Assembly: GCA_950097015.1 (NCBI GenBank)
Contig: CATNEN010000007.1
Coordinates: 9,982,001-10,046,000 of the forward strand
Length of the DNA: 64,000 bases
Direction: 5' to 3'
Origin: Macrostomum hystrix
Lineage: Eukaryota > Animalia > Platyhelminthes
The notes under the pieces were generated by a model. That model had not been told where the DNA came from. It did no database searches and was given only the letters and a program-made list of their open reading frames with translations. Shown here in pieces: positions 59,563-64,000 of this stretch (its first letter is position 1; every line of letters begins with the position of its first letter). The position numbers and the translations under genes are program-made.

Positions 59563-61629
59563 ATGAAGATCCTTGTAGTATTTAACTCGGTTAATGATAT
59601 TGTGTTCTGCCATGCTAATCAGGCCTACCTGGTCAACCTGTTGGCCGACTTTCGAGGCTCCGTCGAGTCCGGAGATGCTTCTCTGTCCAGGCAGACATTG
59701 GACATTCTCGTGCAGCTATTCTCGCCTTTGCTGACGACGTACAACTTGATGCGAACTCAGCAGTCGGCCTATCGCCGGGTCATTCTGGCCAACAATGAAG
59801 AGCTCGTGTTTAGACGCTGCGAAGACTTTCTCATGATCGGCGTATTCGGCGCGAAGACATTCTGCCCACCAGCGAAGCAGTTAGCAAATGTGGAGCGGCA
59901 GCTTCGGTCTCTGGTCGGGCCGTACTTCGAAGTGCTCAAGCAGCATAGAGAAGGCGCCTTCAGCCTCGTCGGCAGCATGGTGTCCGGCTGGAAGACCCTG
60001 TTCACTCACGAGCTGGCGTTCACATTTTCCGCAGTGGAGCGCGTTAAGGTGGAGGGGAGCATCAAGGCCAGGGCAATCGAATCTATTGAGCGCGGCTTTC
60101 TGCGGAGGCGTCGCGACCTGAGCGGTGTGGAGCATGTGCTTATAGTGTGCGGCACCAAGCTTCTGTGCTTGTATTCCACAGAACGGACAAGCAAGCTGGT
60201 TGCACAAGATTTTCTCACCATAATATCTTTAGTTCCGGCTTTGTTCCCCAAATTCGACGTCTATGATGAGAGTCGCTACAAGGAGCCACCAGAAGTGGCG
60301 GCGTTCAACAGCTGCGCCGAGCCGACCAACAGTTCAAGCAATAGTGATGTTTCGTCAGCATTTCACTCGTGCAATGAATTGGTTCTCTCAACGCCTCACA
60401 GTGGACGGAGCTCGGGTCTGGCTACCACGCCTGACCGAATCAATGGAGCATTCGGTGCCTCCCAACGGCACTCCACATCCTCATCAGGCAGCTGCATCGA
60501 ACTGGAGCACAATGCTCACTATCCCCTTGTGCAGCAGATAGAACTAAACAAGAGTGCGCCGTCCGAATCTAAAGTGATTTTGGTGTTCCTTAGCACAACT
60601 ACATCGACATTATCCCCCTTCAAAGTGCACTTCGTACCGCTGACAGGAAACGTTGTCTTTATTGCTCTTGAGACCGTGGAGCCGCGCTCTGTAGCTCGGC
60701 TGGTGGACCGGATGCACCGGGCGGCGGACCGAGCACAAAGTCACGTGAACCAGCCAGTTTCCGATTTAGCAACTTCCCAAGCTGCCATTTGCAGTGAGCT
60801 GCACACGATCAGGCGACTCCTGGGCGAGCTGATTCGAACCCTGCGGGAGCCGCCTGGCCTGGCTGTTGGCTTCGTGCCGGCTTGCGAGCGAGCTATGCGT
60901 GACATCAGCGACCACCTGAGCAGAGTAGCGCCTGGAAGCGACGCTTTTCGCACCGTGGATCTTTACCTAAACACTGTAGAGAACTTGCTGCACAAGCTGA
61001 AGTCGTCGGTCATGAAAGGAATCTTCGAGAACCTCTTCCTGCAGTTTCCGTTTAAGATGACAGCCACTGTAAGCCAGGCTGTGCAGGACCTGGCCCTGGG
61101 TTGCCGAAAAGATCTGCAGGACTACTTGCCATTTCTTGACGTAAAGGCGCGCAGAAACCTAGCATCATCCAGTGTGCTGGCTAGTTACAGTGGTCTGGTG
61201 CACTTCGCCCTGGTGGACAGGCGCAGCGATGAAATTGTGGCCCCGACACCCGACTGGGGCCGCCAGCCGAAGGGGCTCCCGAAGCGCATCCTTGCCACCA
61301 TTGGAGCCCTGCGCGACGCTGCCCACGCAGTGAAAGCTCGCGAGCGCGACCACCCCGGAACTGGCGGATCTGTGATGGACACCGGCGGTGAGGTAGCCCG
61401 CAGAAAGGAAGTCCAGCTCTACCAGCGCGACCGGAACTACCAGTATAGCTACCTCATGCAGTGGGAGCAGGCGAATGCAGATCCCAAATTATTGGACCCC
61501 GGATTCGAGCTAGCGACTGTTCATTCGCTAGAGGTCAGTCGCGACGCTATTCAGCGACATCTGATCAGCCTGGCCGACAAGTTCCTGCCCAGCAGGGACA
61601 GTCCAGACTTCGACAATGGCCTCCTGTGA
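59563..61629 (+). CDS. HPS1: Hermansky-Pudlak syndrome 1-like protein (BLOC-3 subunit), single-exon ORF, 688 aa
   Basis: N-terminus MKILVVFNSVNDIVF resembles invertebrate HPS1. TKLLCLYS, DYLPFLDVKARRN and SGLVHFALVDRRSDEIVAP resemble HPS1 motifs (e.g. PGLVHFIYVDR...APS). AATAAA at 62030. Confidence 0.82.
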   Translation: MKILVVFNSVNDIVFCHANQAYLVNLLADFRGSVESGDASLSRQTLDILVQLFSPLLTTYNLMRTQQSAYRRVILANNEELVFRRCEDFLMIGVFGAKTFCPPAKQLANVERQLRSLVGPYFEVLKQHREGAFSLVGSMVSGWKTLFTHELAFTFSAVERVKVEGSIKARAIESIERGFLRRRRDLSGVEHVLIVCGTKLLCLYSTERTSKLVAQDFLTIISLVPALFPKFDVYDESRYKEPPEVAAFNSCAEPTNSSSNSDVSSAFHSCNELVLSTPHSGRSSGLATTPDRINGAFGASQRHSTSSSGSCIELEHNAHYPLVQQIELNKSAPSESKVILVFLSTTTSTLSPFKVHFVPLTGNVVFIALETVEPRSVARLVDRMHRAADRAQSHVNQPVSDLATSQAAICSELHTIRRLLGELIRTLREPPGLAVGFVPACERAMRDISDHLSRVAPGSDAFRTVDLYLNTVENLLHKLKSSVMKGIFENLFLQFPFKMTATVSQAVQDLALGCRKDLQDYLPFLDVKARRNLASSSVLASYSGLVHFALVDRRSDEIVAPTPDWGRQPKGLPKRILATIGALRDAAHAVKARERDHPGTGGSVMDTGGEVARRKEVQLYQRDRNYQYSYLMQWEQANADPKLLDPGFELATVHSLEVSRDAIQRHLISLADKFLPSRDSPDFDNGLL

Positions 61630-62029
61630 TAATGACCGACTTCTAGGAGCAACCAGATGAATATTCTATCGAGGCAGCCGTCGAGGACTTAGGATAGCTG
61701 AGATCATATTCAGAAACAGAACCAAATCGACACACAAGTGAAGGGAGATTACGGCTTGTGAACTGGAATTAGTCTGTAGTGAACATCTGATGGCTCATTG
61801 GGGTTATCAGATCGATTGCAAAGTTTGAAGTCTGTGCACACTGAAGAACTGGGTAAACTCTCACTGCTCCAATCGCCGTGTTTTGCTTATTTTTGCCTAC
61901 GTGTGCAACTTGTATTTTAATCAAGCGACTGCTGTTCATAAGCGAGCTACCCGTGTATCATTTATGCATGATAGATATTTCTTCTGTTCGACATGATTTT
62001 AAACCGTTTATTTTAAATATGTATATGTA

Positions 62030-62035
62030 AATAAA
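62030..62035 (+). terminator. probable poly(A) signal of HPS1-like gene
   Basis: AATAAA about 400 nt after the stop, in AT-rich context. Confidence 0.45.
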
Positions 62036-62446
62036 TGATTTCTATCAGAAATAGATTCGGCTATTCAAATCCGAACGTGTGTGAATTTCTGTTTGCATTC
62101 CAGCCAGAGCAATTAGTGTCAGGACAGTGAGCATTTGAGACCCTTTGTCTGCTCACACCAGGCATGGGCCGCCGGCTCAAATTTCACAAAATGTTTTCTT
62201 CGATTTGTGATCATAAATTGTAGAAGTGGCATCAAGTTACCGATCTTATCATGTCATGGCAGTGCAGCAATTGGGAGCTTTGCAGCTGATCAATTAATCA
62301 TATATTATGCGATATAATAGGAAGATAGAGTGAAAGAAACTGCACAACTAGCTGGTACGCTAGTAGCTATTACTGAAGGAGAGATAAACTTAACTCCATG
62401 GTACAACTAACAGTGTTTTGTGACCCTACAAAGTGATATTTGAATC

Positions 62447-62707
62447 TCACAAAAACCCCAGCTCACTCACACAAACCCTGCAGCTCACTCACACAAACCC
62501 TAGCTCACTCACACAAATCCCAGCTCACCCACACAAATCCCAGCTCACTCACACAAATCCTAGCTCACTCACACAAATCCTAGCTCACTCACACAAATCC
62601 CAGCTCACTCACACAAATCCCAGCTCACTCAGACAAACCCCAGCTCACTCACATAAATCACGATTCACAACTCTCTCACACAAATCCCAGCTCACTCACA
62701 CAAATCC
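62447..62707. repeat. 20-bp minisatellite (CAGCTCACTCACACAAATCC)n
   Basis: Direct reading. Confidence 0.94.
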
Positions 62708-64000
62708 GCACTTTTATCAAGCTCGATTGACTATCTTGCTTCTGAATATTTTACTTAGCGTTGTGAGCTCTTTCGTGGATCGATATAAAAAAATGCTTTC
62801 TTTAGCGTGAAATCCAGGGTCTTTTTACTCTTAAATGATTGATTGATCGCGCGTCGCTTCATTCGAGTGCATTGTGGTCGGCTGACCGCGAGACCGCGCT
62901 GCAGACCCTCCAGTGTGGACCCGGACAGGTGCTTTTCCCCTCCAGAAACGTATCTTTTGAGGTCAGCGCTTAGTTGACTCGCGTGAGTCACTAAAGCGAC
63001 TACTTCCATTGCTGGCGCGGGCTCTCCAATGATCTTGGCAGAAGCAAAATCAATACTAGGGCTGGCAGCCAGGCAGCACTCGGAATTTCAGGCGGAGTTA
63101 AGCTGAACAAGCTGAAATATTTCTGGAACAGGCAAGCCAGGCAAACGGCAATTCTAGCCAATTATTCATTATATCCTATAAAATCCCTTCATAATGTTGC
63201 TTGCAAGCAATCGGACACAGCTCAGCCAAGCGCTCCCTATTAAGTAAATGATACAACATATTATGTGTAGAGTCGAATGAACAGTAGACACTAATGTATA
63301 TTTATGTTTTCAGAGGAGTCTGCAGATCCCCGAGGAGTAAGAAACAGTGTACTTATTCGCATGCACATCGCATCGTCACTAATTGTGCCGCTTCAGCCTC
63401 AGAGTAACTGGAGCCTTAAAAAATATCGATTAAACCAGTTCGCTGGACCTAAGCTGAGAAGAGCCGGCCAAAAAACAGGATTTTATTGCACGCAGCGCTG
63501 ACTCAGATCAGACGCACATGAGCCTCGCCCCTGTCCCCGCACACAAACGCGCACACCCGAGCGATCCTTGAGGCTACTTCCCACCTCCTTTCATTCTCCA
63601 CTTTCCGTCCGCCTCGAGGGGCTCAAAGCCTGCACAGCCGAGCCTTTCTCTATCCTCTAGCCATAAAAATCAATATGCAGGGGGGGCGGTAAGGCCAACC
63701 TCCCCACTCCGCTTATCGAGCCCCGTTTGATCATGCGTCTGAGTGTCTCACCCCCCAAACCCTCACCCCCACCCTCACCCCCAAATTCTAACTTCGCACT
63801 CGCGTTGTCTATGGCAACGCATGGGGTGGGTTGCAGTGGGAGGATGGGGTTGGCAAATATCGGTTCCAGTCCAAGCATAAGAGGACCGCTCTTCGCCCCG
63901 CCTAAAGCCTTCGTCTCGGCAGCTTCGCGTCTCGTTAGACTATAGCGCTCTGCTTCAAAGCTAATCTACAGCTAAAAAGCTCTTTTAAATCTTCTGTTAT

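Noticed and set aside
62755-63009. 84-aa minus-strand ORF with good start context
   Set aside because: No recognisable domain, signal peptide or splice partners.

Overview
Eukaryotic (metazoan) genomic DNA, not prokaryotic. GC-rich coding exons are separated by introns packed with short-unit minisatellites. This style suggests a repeat-rich invertebrate such as the flatworm Macrostomum, but that is inference only. Three genes can be reconstructed by hand with consistent GT-AG junctions and phases. (1) A complete alpha-neurexin on + (15 coding exons, 1624-45553, 4707 nt, 1568 aa; signal peptide, 6 LNS, 3 EGF, Cys-loop stalk, TM, C-terminal KEWYV). (2) A class I phosphatidylinositol transfer protein on - (4 coding exons, 56884-50555, 280 aa). 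(3) An intronless HPS1-like gene on + (59563-61629). The neurexin introns hold the most interesting signals: a candidate alternative first exon with its own signal peptide that splices in frame onto LNS2, five candidate frame-preserving cassette/micro-exons (three in the intron at the vertebrate SS2 position), a head-to-tail array of 18 non-autonomous Helitrons, and a minisatellite whose unit reads as a GT...AG mini-intron. A foldback-like element with a 9-bp target duplication interrupts a LINE endonuclease relic between PITP and HPS1. Most long ORFs in the supplied track are minisatellite artefacts. All alternative exons are sequence-only predictions and need RNA evidence.
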